Shown one piece after another: positions 53,186 to 60,802 of a stretch of 64,000 nt of DNA. The position numbers were made by a program, and so were the translations under genes. The notes below the pieces were generated by a model that saw nothing but the letters and a program-made list of their open reading frames with translations, searched no databases and had not been told where the DNA came from. Source of the DNA: an uncultured Ignavibacteriales bacterium (lineage in GTDB: Bacteria > Bacteroidota > Ignavibacteria > Tepidaquicellales > OLB5); NCBI GenBank assembly GCA_964568655.1, contig CAZMRG010000001.1:2815-66814 (forward strand), given 5' to 3'. Every line of letters starts with the position of its first letter. The stretch's first letter is position 1.

Positions 53186-54099
53186 CTTTTCTTAATATTT
53201 AAAATGATATTTCCCGTCGCAGTCAGGCAATAAAGCTTCTTGCCGCCGCCGTTTAGCGGGGTCATAAGAAAATTCTTGTCTTTCTCTTTTGCCAGATCGC
53301 TCGAAATCTTTCCGTCTTCGGTAAGAAGGTTCAGGTCAGCTTTGAAATCAGCCGGCAGGTCCAGATTGATATTGCCTGATTCAGAGTTAAGAATAACTCC
53401 GTAGTTCGAGCCGTAATAATCTAATGTAACATTGCCCCCGGTTGTAGAAGCGTTAACAGCCGCGTTCGAACCTTTCATGTCGATATTGCCGCCTTCGGTA
53501 AGCGCGGTAACGGCGCCTTTAAAATCAATAACCACTATGTTGCCTCCGCCAGTAATAACGTTGATATCGCCTCGGCTGTTATCGACTTTAATATTACCGC
53601 CGCCGGTTATACCATACACGTTATCAGAAATCTCCGCCGCGTCAATGTTGCCTCCGCCGGTTGTCAGCTTCACTTTGCCGTCGATGTTCTCAGCCGTTAA
53701 GTTGCCGCTTCCCGTCTTGATGCTCACATTCTGATTTTTGGGAACATACACCTCAATACTCAGGTCGTAATTAAGTTCATCCTGAATACCTGAGCCCATA
53801 GATGGTCTTTCTTTGCAATCAAACTTAACGCCTGAGTTCAATTCGGAGGATTCAACGTCAATTTTATCCTTCGCTTCAGGATTGCCATAAACCTTCATAG
53901 AAACATCCGGGTTATCCCAGCTTGAGACCGTAATATTCCCTGTAAACGAGTTTACAACGGTGTTGATTCCGTTCTCTTCATGCACCGTCACGTCTTTGAG
54001 CAGTTCATGACAGAACTTTGAATAAGAAATGTTTACAGAAAAAAATAGAACAAAGATAAAAAGAGGGCTTAACAGAAGAAAAAAGTTTTTTCTTTTCAT
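53182..54099 (-). CDS. DUF4097-type beta-strand repeat protein (putative adhesin fold), exported
   Basis: 305 aa with an N-terminal hydrophobic anchor/signal. It has periodic GGGNI/GSGNL/EGGNI/TGGNV repeats about every 18-20 aa. Confidence 0.7.
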   Translation of the reverse strand: MKRKNFFLLLSPLFIFVLFFSVNISYSKFCHELLKDVTVHEENGINTVVNSFTGNITVSSWDNPDVSMKVYGNPEAKDKIDVESSELNSGVKFDCKERPSMGSGIQDELNYDLSIEVYVPKNQNVSIKTGSGNLTAENIDGKVKLTTGGGNIDAAEISDNVYGITGGGNIKVDNSRGDINVITGGGNIVVIDFKGAVTALTEGGNIDMKGSNAAVNASTTGGNVTLDYYGSNYGVILNSESGNINLDLPADFKADLNLLTEDGKISSDLAKEKDKNFLMTPLNGGGKKLYCLTATGNIILNIKKS

Positions 54100-54120
54100 G
54101 TTAATTTGGTTAGATTTTAA

Positions 54121-54978
54121 TTAGCGAGTATCGTCTTTCTTATAAGCTGATATTGTTCCTGCATTGGTAGAGCAGTTTAGCTTTGCCCCGCCGCTTCCAA
54201 TAGTTGTTTTTAAGCTTGAACCAACGTGTTTATCTGAAGGTGTCCCAAAATCGGTTACTATTCTTCCGCAGGTAGTCGACATATCCACTTCCGCGTCAAA
54301 TTCCGAAGGTACGTCCACTTTTACATTGCCTGCATTTGTAACCAGTTCTATCCCGTAGTTCTTTCCCGTATAATCGAGCGAAATATTGCCGCCGTTAGTC
54401 GTAGCATACACCGAACCGTTGGCTCCGGTAAGCTTCACGTTCCCACCGTTTGTTTCAGCCGAAACGTTTCCGTCAAAATTCTTCAGCGTTATGTTTCCGC
54501 CCTGGGTGGATACTTTTGTTTGCCCTATTACTCCGTCAAGATTAATATTTCCGCCCGAGCTGTTTAATTCGACTATTCCTTTTACGGCAGCTACCGAAAC
54601 ATTCCCGCCGCCGGTTTTTACATTCAGGTTGTATTCCTGGGGCACAGATACCACTACTTTCAGGTTCAGGCTTCTTATATTGCCGGTTGTATTTTTCTTA
54701 ACGTCAACTGTAACTCCGTTAGCTGTATTCTCAGCCGAGAAATCCAGTTTATCTTTTGCTTCCTGGTTCCCGTAAATTTTAACTGAAACCTCATTTGCGG
54801 AACCTGTGGTTATTTCCACGTTCCCTGCAAAAGAGTCTAAGGTCAGATTCTCACCGGAAGAAGTTGCGAGAGTTTTCTCAAACAGCAGGTCTTCGCCGGC
54901 AATAACATCGCTTGATATGATCGTGGTGGTTGAAATCATCAGACCGTAAAATAATAAAATTTTATTTAATGTTCTCAT
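54121..54978 (-). CDS. DUF4097-type beta-strand repeat protein, exported (tandem paralog)
   Basis: 285 aa with signal/anchor MRTLNKILLFYGLMISTTTIISS and repeats GGGNV, SGGNI, QGGNI, NGGNV, NGGNI, NAGNV. Confidence 0.7.
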   Translation of the reverse strand: MRTLNKILLFYGLMISTTTIISSDVIAGEDLLFEKTLATSSGENLTLDSFAGNVEITTGSANEVSVKIYGNQEAKDKLDFSAENTANGVTVDVKKNTTGNIRSLNLKVVVSVPQEYNLNVKTGGGNVSVAAVKGIVELNSSGGNINLDGVIGQTKVSTQGGNITLKNFDGNVSAETNGGNVKLTGANGSVYATTNGGNISLDYTGKNYGIELVTNAGNVKVDVPSEFDAEVDMSTTCGRIVTDFGTPSDKHVGSSLKTTIGSGGAKLNCSTNAGTISAYKKDDTR

Positions 54979-55231
54979 AAATTTACTCCTTTTCTTGGGA
55001 AAAAATGAATCTGTTATACATCGGGGCCTGTATATAATAGATGTTAAATAGGCTTAAATGGTTTAATTTACAAAGATATTAAAATTCAGCCGGCTACTAT
55101 ATACGCTATGATTTTCCTTCTTTTCGATAAAAGTATTAAATTTACAGATTTATGTAGTAGATAATTAAAAATTGGTAAATTTTCAAGGAATTTAAGGGCA
55201 ATTTGTTGATTTTATTTAAAAACAAAAATAA

Positions 55232-57217
55232 TTATTTGAACAGATTTGTGAATTCTGTGTTTCCTTTCAAAAAATCATAGTCGGCCTCATCTTTTATATA
55301 ATCTATATCGAATCTGTTCTTCTTAGCCAGTTTCAGAAATTCGATAGTCTTATTCGCGTCGCCCTTTAGAGCATAACAGTTCGAAACCGTCGCAAATATA
55401 TAAGAATGCTCTTTGAAAATATTCGGGGTTTTGCCGTATGTTTCAAGAAAGTCCGTTAACGTTTCTTCAATTTTTTTCATGTCCTTCAATGCTACGGGGG
55501 AAAACATTGCCTGGTTATACAAACCCGCCGTCATTTTACCATCATTGTCTTTGAAGGCCTTAAGAAGAATTTCCGAGTCTTCATATCTCTTTAAATTATT
55601 GAACACAATGGTTCCGTTGCAGATCAGATCCGGGTTTGTTTTAAATCTAATATTATTCTTGCCGTTTCCTTTAACAAAGTTCAAAAGCACTTCAAGATAA
55701 ATCTCCTTGTCAGAGTTATCTTCTGATTCAAGCGTATAGGTGTATATCATGTTTGCCAATAGCTCAGGAGAAAGCTTGCCTCCTTTGTTCATAAAACCCA
55801 GAACCATTTCTCTTGCTTTACCTATATTACCTTTAGTAACAAGTTCATAAATGTGATTCAAAAGCAGCATTGGATCGCTGAATGAAAGCTCTTCAGATAA
55901 TTTGGAATACTTTTGCGTTATATCATTTCTTCCCAGCTTCTGCGCCGAGTAAAGAACATTCGCGTTGATTGAAGTATTTTCGGGAAACTTCTCATATCCC
56001 TTCAGGCTTACTTCCAGCATTTTTTCATAATTCTTCAGATGGTCGCAAAACGCAGCGGCGTTGATAAATGCTTCGGCGGTAACTTCCGGATAGTCAAAGC
56101 TCAGTTCCATTATTTCCGCGGCAAGCGGGGTCTCTTTAAAATCGTATTTCTTTTCGTAAGCCGGACCTATCTTCACAAGATTGTTTGCCAAGAAAACCAA
56201 AAGGCTCGCTGCTACTGGTTTACGAACTTCCGGCAGGTCCGCCAACAGTGATTTTAATTTATCCGGCGCGTTGGGCAGGTTTGCAAACATCACCGCAGTT
56301 CTGTTGTTTGATGCATAAAACGCTAATTGAGTATAAGCGTCAAACTTGTTTATTTCTTCATACTTCTCCGCGGGATGTAATCCATTAACAAGTGATTCGA
56401 TCAGCGAAGCGTTATGTTTAATCGTACTATCGCTTACAGTCAGCGTTTCTACCCCGTCATAGATTCCGTCTGCCCTGTAAATTGAATTTATTACAGCTCT
56501 CAGCCCGGCGCGTTCATCCGCATCAAAGATTATGTTCCTTTCTGTCCGTAACGCGTAATGCAGAAGCTGCCTTGCAACATATCCGTAAATATGTTTCATG
56601 TGGCCCGGGAACATTTCGGCAACCCAGGAATTGATGCCTTTGATCTTTATTGTCCTGATTTCAGTTTCTTCTTCGCCGTGATCAGTTTCGAAAAGTTCTT
56701 TATGTTTGATTGTATACTCCGAGATGTAGGGTAGCGCCAGTTTCGCCGCTGAGTTTTTGCTCCAGTAGTTCCATTCATCTACAGGGCTTGCAGCATTTGG
56801 CCCGAGGAAGAAAGCTACAGGCTCTATGCCGTTCACTTCGTTTATCCATCGTTCAAGGTCCGCCGCGTAGGCTTTCAAAGAATTCAGGAAGATGTCATCA
56901 TTTAGTTTTGAACCCCAGAAACCAGGGTCGGCATCAGTTGTGCCTTCAAGGATACCCTTGTATTTTTCTTCGCAATAAGCCAGCATTATATTGCCGTCAT
57001 AAATATCATCAGCCGAGCCAAAATGAACAAACTCGTCGGCCCAATGAAAAAATCCCGCCAGCGGCGGCGGACAGGTTTTCATAATTAATTTTCTTACTTC
57101 AGGTTTTACGGGCTTTTTAAACCAGATATAACACTCTTCGCATTTATCTATCTGATCGGGACTAAGTTCGCCGTGCCCTATGAAAACGAACGGATATGTT
57201 ACTTTCAGATTCTGCAT
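55232..57217 (-). CDS. Hypothetical cytoplasmic protein, helical-repeat (TPR-like) C-terminal half
   Basis: 661 aa with no signal peptide or TM helix. The N-terminus is MQNLKVTYPFVFIGHGELSPDQIDKCEECYIWFKKPV...FFHWADEFVHFGSADD. I recognise no family motifs. Confidence 0.55.
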   Translation of the reverse strand: MQNLKVTYPFVFIGHGELSPDQIDKCEECYIWFKKPVKPEVRKLIMKTCPPPLAGFFHWADEFVHFGSADDIYDGNIMLAYCEEKYKGILEGTTDADPGFWGSKLNDDIFLNSLKAYAADLERWINEVNGIEPVAFFLGPNAASPVDEWNYWSKNSAAKLALPYISEYTIKHKELFETDHGEEETEIRTIKIKGINSWVAEMFPGHMKHIYGYVARQLLHYALRTERNIIFDADERAGLRAVINSIYRADGIYDGVETLTVSDSTIKHNASLIESLVNGLHPAEKYEEINKFDAYTQLAFYASNNRTAVMFANLPNAPDKLKSLLADLPEVRKPVAASLLVFLANNLVKIGPAYEKKYDFKETPLAAEIMELSFDYPEVTAEAFINAAAFCDHLKNYEKMLEVSLKGYEKFPENTSINANVLYSAQKLGRNDITQKYSKLSEELSFSDPMLLLNHIYELVTKGNIGKAREMVLGFMNKGGKLSPELLANMIYTYTLESEDNSDKEIYLEVLLNFVKGNGKNNIRFKTNPDLICNGTIVFNNLKRYEDSEILLKAFKDNDGKMTAGLYNQAMFSPVALKDMKKIEETLTDFLETYGKTPNIFKEHSYIFATVSNCYALKGDANKTIEFLKLAKKNRFDIDYIKDEADYDFLKGNTEFTNLFK

Positions 57218-57248
57218 TTATATTTAAGCGGGGTTTTGGTAAAATAAC

Positions 57249-57314
57249 ATCTTCACCAAGCCGTGTGTGAACCAGCAATTCACTCACGGCTTTTAGCGGT
57301 GAAGATTTTTTTTT
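57249..57314. terminator. Long interrupted stem-loop followed by T9 on the plus strand
   Basis: The outer stem ATCTTCACC (57249-57257) pairs with GGTGAAGAT (57298-57306). The inner stem AAGCCGTGTGTGAA (57258-57271) pairs with TTCACTCACGGCTT (57279-57292) with 1 mismatch. T9 follows at 57306-57314. On the minus strand the hairpin is followed by GTTATTTT. Confidence 0.5.
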
Positions 57315-57331
57315 GCGGGGGCAAAAAAACT

Positions 57332-57823
57332 TTATCTTTTAATTCCTAAGATCCTGTCAGAATGCGCCTGTATCAGCGTCGCAAACTTCTGGTGGATCTC
57401 GCCGGGCGTACTCACCTTCGGAGTCCAGTAAGAATTCCATTCGCCCCACTTGGTTGTAGTTAACCCGTTTTCTTTTAATATTATTTCATAATTGATTTTT
57501 TTAGAAGGATCATCCGGGTCTTTTCTGAATGACATGTCCGAATGTATCCTCGCATATTCTTCCAGTGAGCAGGGTTCTTTCTCCGCGTTCTTTTTCCCAA
57601 GCGCGGCCTGGTACATCGGCATGAAAGCCATGGCGGTTTTCCCCATGTCAGTTGGGTCAGCCATCTTGCCGCTCCATCCGCTTTTTGCGGCATCCCAATC
57701 TGCTTTTGAAAAGCCCTCTGCTTCCGCTATGTTATAGCAGGCTTCGTCGTCTTCGCCGCAGTCGCTCATCATTACAACAAGGTCGGCATATTTTTCGAGA
57801 GTTATTCCGTTAATTTGGTCCAT
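57332..57823 (-). CDS. Hypothetical protein with two copies of an unnamed ~51-aa domain
   Basis: 163 aa. Copy 1 is ITLEKYADLVVMMSDCGEDDEACYNIAEAEGFSKADWDAAKSGWSGKMADP. Copy 2 is CSLEEYARIHSDMS...INYEIILKENGLTTTKWGEWNSYW. Copy 1 aligns without gaps to the neighbouring 123-aa protein. Confidence 0.55.
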   Translation of the reverse strand: MDQINGITLEKYADLVVMMSDCGEDDEACYNIAEAEGFSKADWDAAKSGWSGKMADPTDMGKTAMAFMPMYQAALGKKNAEKEPCSLEEYARIHSDMSFRKDPDDPSKKINYEIILKENGLTTTKWGEWNSYWTPKVSTPGEIHQKFATLIQAHSDRILGIKR

Positions 57824-57898
57824 TTTAAATATATCCCCTTTTTAGTTACCTGATTTTTTTAAAAGTTTTTCCTGGTACACACCCTTGGCACACGCGCC

Positions 57899-58270
57899 TC
57901 AATTCTTCTTAGTATATTGAGCATATAGTTCCGAGAACTGATTGAGCCTTTCAGGGTTTGTCATTTCAACGCTCCAAACCCTATCGTAGAAATCCCAATC
58001 TTCTCTTGAGTATCCTTCAGTCTGAAGTATCTTATCGTGAGCCTCCTTATCGTCTCCACAAGGGTCCATTTTAGTTCTCAGTGCAACATATTTTTCGAAC
58101 GAGATTCCTTCATCCTCATCGTCATCCTCTTCTTCGTCCTCATCCTCTTCCTCGTCGTCATCATCATCTTCAATTTCATCTTCTTCATCTTCTTCATCTT
58201 CTTCTTCTTCGTTCTTAAACCCGGAATTATTTATTTCGTCATCCGGGTTAAAGCCATAATGATTAAGCAT
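57899..58270 (-). CDS. Hypothetical protein: polyacidic tract plus one copy of the same ~51-aa domain
   Basis: 123 aa. Residues 21-54 are EEEEDEEDEEDEIEDDDDDEEEDEDEEEDDDEDE (58109-58210). These are followed by ISFEKYVALRTKMDPCGDDKEAHDKILQTEGYSREDWDFYDRVWSVEMTNP. Confidence 0.55.
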   Translation of the reverse strand: MLNHYGFNPDDEINNSGFKNEEEEDEEDEEDEIEDDDDDEEEDEDEEEDDDEDEGISFEKYVALRTKMDPCGDDKEAHDKILQTEGYSREDWDFYDRVWSVEMTNPERLNQFSELYAQYTKKN

Positions 58271-58298
58271 TTTAAGATTTCCTTTCGATTAGATTATT

Positions 58299-58496
58299 TT
58301 ACAGAGCTCTTAAAATTACAAACGCTACGTATAACAGTACTATCAACACAATTCCAAGTGAAACTAGAGTTATGATCAGGTTAAAGACCAGCCTCTGTTT
58401 AAACCTCATTAAAAAAGCGTTGAAAAATCCGCCGTTTTGCCCTCTCAGGCCGTCTCTTGCGGCGTCGCGCGCTGCATATTCCAGATCGTCTAGCAT
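58299..58496 (-). CDS. Small tail-anchored membrane protein (hypothetical)
   Basis: 65 aa with a charged N-terminus and a single C-terminal TM helix (LVFNLIITLVSLGIVLIVLLYVAFVIL). It is tightly spaced (20-28 bp) within a same-strand gene string. Confidence 0.4.
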   Translation of the reverse strand: MLDDLEYAARDAARDGLRGQNGGFFNAFLMRFKQRLVFNLIITLVSLGIVLIVLLYVAFVILRAL

Positions 58497-58516
58497 AGTT
58501 TTATGTGTTTAAGTTA

Positions 58517-58939
58517 TTAAATAATTTCTACTTCGCCGGTCGCTATTACGTCGCCGTTCTTTTTGAGACAGCTGACTTTGTACTTTCCGGTATCTTTAAA
58601 CTCAACGTCGTCAAAATGAATGTAATCCCATCCCGGCTGGACGGTAAACGGGAAAGTATCTGCAACTTTACCGGTTGAAAGGTCGGTAATATTAATATCC
58701 ACCGAAGATTCCCCGATTGCATTCTTTAGTTTCATCATTACAGTTACTTTTCCTCTTTTGAATTTGGTATCTTCGCCTATTTCTTTTGTTACGTATCTTT
58801 CGCAGAAATACAGCCTGTCTCCTTTTACCATGTCTGAGACTTCTTTAATGGCTTTAATTTTACTGCATCCGTTTAGAAGAGGAATGCTAACAGCGCTTAA
58901 AATTACAAGTAAAATTAGAGAAGATTTGAACAATTTCAT
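58517..58939 (-). CDS. Small lipoprotein, 'YFCE[KR]Y' family (paralog of 33218-33628)
   Basis: 140 aa with lipobox LLNGC. LYFCERYVTKEIGEDTKFKRGKVTVMMK...FPFTV...YIHF...GKYKVSCL...GEVEII is colinear with the 136-aa protein at 33.2 kb. Confidence 0.6.
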   Translation of the reverse strand: MKLFKSSLILLVILSAVSIPLLNGCSKIKAIKEVSDMVKGDRLYFCERYVTKEIGEDTKFKRGKVTVMMKLKNAIGESSVDINITDLSTGKVADTFPFTVQPGWDYIHFDDVEFKDTGKYKVSCLKKNGDVIATGEVEII

Positions 58940-58966
58940 TTTTTTTGCCTGCCCTTTCTGATTTTT

Positions 58967-59155
58967 TTAAATTTTTAAAATTGATTTTTTTATTATTTTG
59001 CTGAAAACTTGTTTAGCTCTTATAATAATCAGAAGATATAACGGGATGCATCCGACCGCCGCAATTGGGTAATACATCAATAATACCGAGCAAAATACCG
59101 ATGCGCCTATAAACGCTATGAACAATCTTAATATCATAATACCTTTGCTATTCAT
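58967..59155 (-). CDS. Small 2-TM membrane protein (hypothetical)
   Basis: 62 aa with two hydrophobic helices and a basic tail. It lies 27 bp upstream of the lipoprotein gene. Confidence 0.4.
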   Translation of the reverse strand: MNSKGIMILRLFIAFIGASVFCSVLLMYYPIAAVGCIPLYLLIIIRAKQVFSKIIKKSILKI

Positions 59156-59213
59156 CGGATAAGATACCGAACCTTTCTGTTATTAAGCGCTTTTTGAATT
59201 TCTAAGCGCTTTG

Positions 59214-59540
59214 TTATTCTAAAAAAATTGAATTTCTTTCAAAATGAATTTCGTCTTCGTTCCAAATGCCGCTTATATCCAGCATCTCAGGGTTTACCGT
59301 TCTTACCAGGTCGGTTAATTTCTGCCTGTTGAGCTTCTTCAGTTCCTTTTCGCGCGCTATAGCCTGCCGTTTGCTTTTCCTGGATTCATAAAACACTATG
59401 TTTGAATGATCCCTTCCCGATAGCACCATAGTTGATTGTCCGCTCGAGCGCTGTCCTTTAGCCATCATAACCGGCAAAACTCCCGTAGATAACTTATTAG
59501 GCCTTGACATCTTTACGTAAACGATAAATTCTTTCTGCAT
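59214..59540 (-). CDS. Degenerate GIY-YIG-like small protein (tentative)
   Basis: The track start is TTG at 59582. The ATG at 59540 gives MQKEFIVYVKMS... The C-terminal half, IVFYESRKSKRQAIAREKELKKLNRQKLTDLVRTVNP, resembles the GIY-YIG/UPF0213 core. The N-terminal GIY/YIG and Arg positions are not conserved. Confidence 0.35.
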   Translation of the reverse strand: MQKEFIVYVKMSRPNKLSTGVLPVMMAKGQRSSGQSTMVLSGRDHSNIVFYESRKSKRQAIAREKELKKLNRQKLTDLVRTVNPEMLDISGIWNEDEIHFERNSIFLE

Positions 59541-59657
59541 TAGATAGTAATTTGAAACTTGCTCTGTTAGTAGTCCCCGCAAATCTTTGAAAACGGTTTT
59601 GCCTTCGTAATTTTTGCCGGCTGGCCGGTTACCGCTTCAAAGTTGAAAATAATTTAA

Positions 59658-59692
59658 GCGGGGGAACCGCCTGATATTCAGCGGCCCCCTGC
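59658..59692 (-). terminator. GC-rich hairpin terminator after the lipoprotein gene
   Basis: GCGGGGGAACCGCCTGATATTCAGCGGCCCCCTGC forms two stacked stems. On the minus strand it is followed by TTAAATTATTTTC. Confidence 0.5.
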
Positions 59693-59705
59693 GAAATTGC
59701 TTTGT

Positions 59706-60158
59706 TTATTTTACGAGAACAACCAATGAGGTTTTGCTGGTTGCATCTGCATAACCCATTGTAAAGTCGACTTCTTTGCCGCCTTTTTTATAAACCATTA
59801 CGCCCCCTTTATCTGTCATCATCATATCATTTGATTTGTCTGCGTCATATCCGGCTTTCTTCATTTCATCTTTATAGAAATCAGCAATCGGTTTTAACTT
59901 ATCGCTTATTTCATAAGTAGCTGTTGAGCCCTGGGGCGTCTTGGCTGAAGCCAGAAGCTTCGCATCCTTGTAGGTTGGTAAATCTGACGGCCAGTCTGCC
60001 GGCAGCTTGTTTGTTGATACGTCAACGTCTTTTGTTTTAACGTTTACGTCTGTTCCCTCTTTGTTAGTTGTTACGTCTACCTTACTATCGTCTTTTTTAC
60101 CGCAGGAGCTAAGCCCTATGACGAATAATAATAGAACAGCTAATGTTAGATGTTTCAT
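59706..60158 (-). CDS. Lipoprotein, unknown function
   Basis: 150 aa with signal plus lipobox VIGLSSCGKKDD. A K/D/T-rich linker precedes a globular C-terminal domain. Confidence 0.65.
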   Translation of the reverse strand: MKHLTLAVLLLFVIGLSSCGKKDDSKVDVTTNKEGTDVNVKTKDVDVSTNKLPADWPSDLPTYKDAKLLASAKTPQGSTATYEISDKLKPIADFYKDEMKKAGYDADKSNDMMMTDKGGVMVYKKGGKEVDFTMGYADATSKTSLVVLVK

Positions 60159-60282
60159 TTTTGTTTCCTTCCTTTTTTATTAGTTTATTTTTTTTGAAAG
60201 ACAAAATACTTTTATTTTGTCGGTGTTCTAAATTCTTTTTGTTTAAATGATCTATCGGTTTTTCTGAGCCTGTTTTTAAGTC

Positions 60283-60339
60283 CCCTCCGCCCCGCGTTAA
60301 GCGGGGGAAGAGGGCATATTATTCTGGAGAAATAATATG
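60283..60339. repeat. Two adjacent hairpins: a C/G-rich REP-like element and an AT palindrome
   Basis: 60283-60314 is CCCTCCGCCCCGC-GTTAA-GCGGGGGAAGAGGG (6-bp plus 5-bp stems). 60315-60339 is CATATTATT-CTGGAGA-AATAATATG (9-bp stem). Both lie directly downstream of the stop at 60348. There is no U-run on the minus strand. Confidence 0.55.
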
Positions 60340-60347
60340 TTTAAAAA

Positions 60348-60740
60348 CTATTTGGTTAAAACTATTTTTTTAACTTTTGTATAATCGCCTGTCTGTATCT
60401 TATAATAATATGTTCCTGATGAGAGATTCGCGCCGTCAATATCTGTTTCATACGTTCCTGCCTGCTGGTATTCATTCACAATAGTTTTTACTTCTCTTGC
60501 TAATATATCATAAACTGTTATTCTGACCCCCGTAGATTTAGCTATTGTGTAACTGATCTTTGCCGGTGAAACTTTTGGATTATCTGCTATGCTGTATCCT
60601 GATGAAACTTCGTTTGTAATTGCGCTGAGAGAATCTTTGCCGCCTTCCGTATTCTTAATTGTAACATCCTGTGAGAAGGATTTTGGAGCCGCTATCAGCG
60701 ATATTAAAAGAACCGGTATTGCGATCAGGTATAATTTCAT
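60348..60740 (-). CDS. Mini-protein consisting of a signal peptide, a short linker and a T9SS-type C-terminal domain
   Basis: 130 aa. MKLYLIAIPVLLISLIAAPKSFSQ is followed by about 35 aa, then KISYTIAKSTGVRITVYDILAREVKTIVNEYQQAGTYETDIDGANLSSGTYYYKIQTGDYTKVKKIVLTK (CTD beta-sandwich pattern, without the NYPNPFNP lead-in). Confidence 0.6.
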   Translation of the reverse strand: MKLYLIAIPVLLISLIAAPKSFSQDVTIKNTEGGKDSLSAITNEVSSGYSIADNPKVSPAKISYTIAKSTGVRITVYDILAREVKTIVNEYQQAGTYETDIDGANLSSGTYYYKIQTGDYTKVKKIVLTK

Positions 60741-60759
60741 TTTCTTTGGTTTTTAAAGA

Positions 60760-60787
60760 GCAGGGCAGGTTAAGATACCCGCCCTGC
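60760..60787 (-). terminator. Possible hairpin terminator between the two T9SS genes
   Basis: GCAGGGC-AGGTTAAGATACCC-GCCCTGC. The downstream U-run on the minus strand is weak. Confidence 0.3.
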
Positions 60788-60802
60788 AAATTAATTTTAG
60801 TT

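Noticed and set aside
53432-54775. Plus-strand ORFs of 100 and 129 aa inside the DUF4097 genes
   Set aside because: Their P/V/F-rich translations mirror the GGN[IV] repeat codons of the genuine minus-strand genes.
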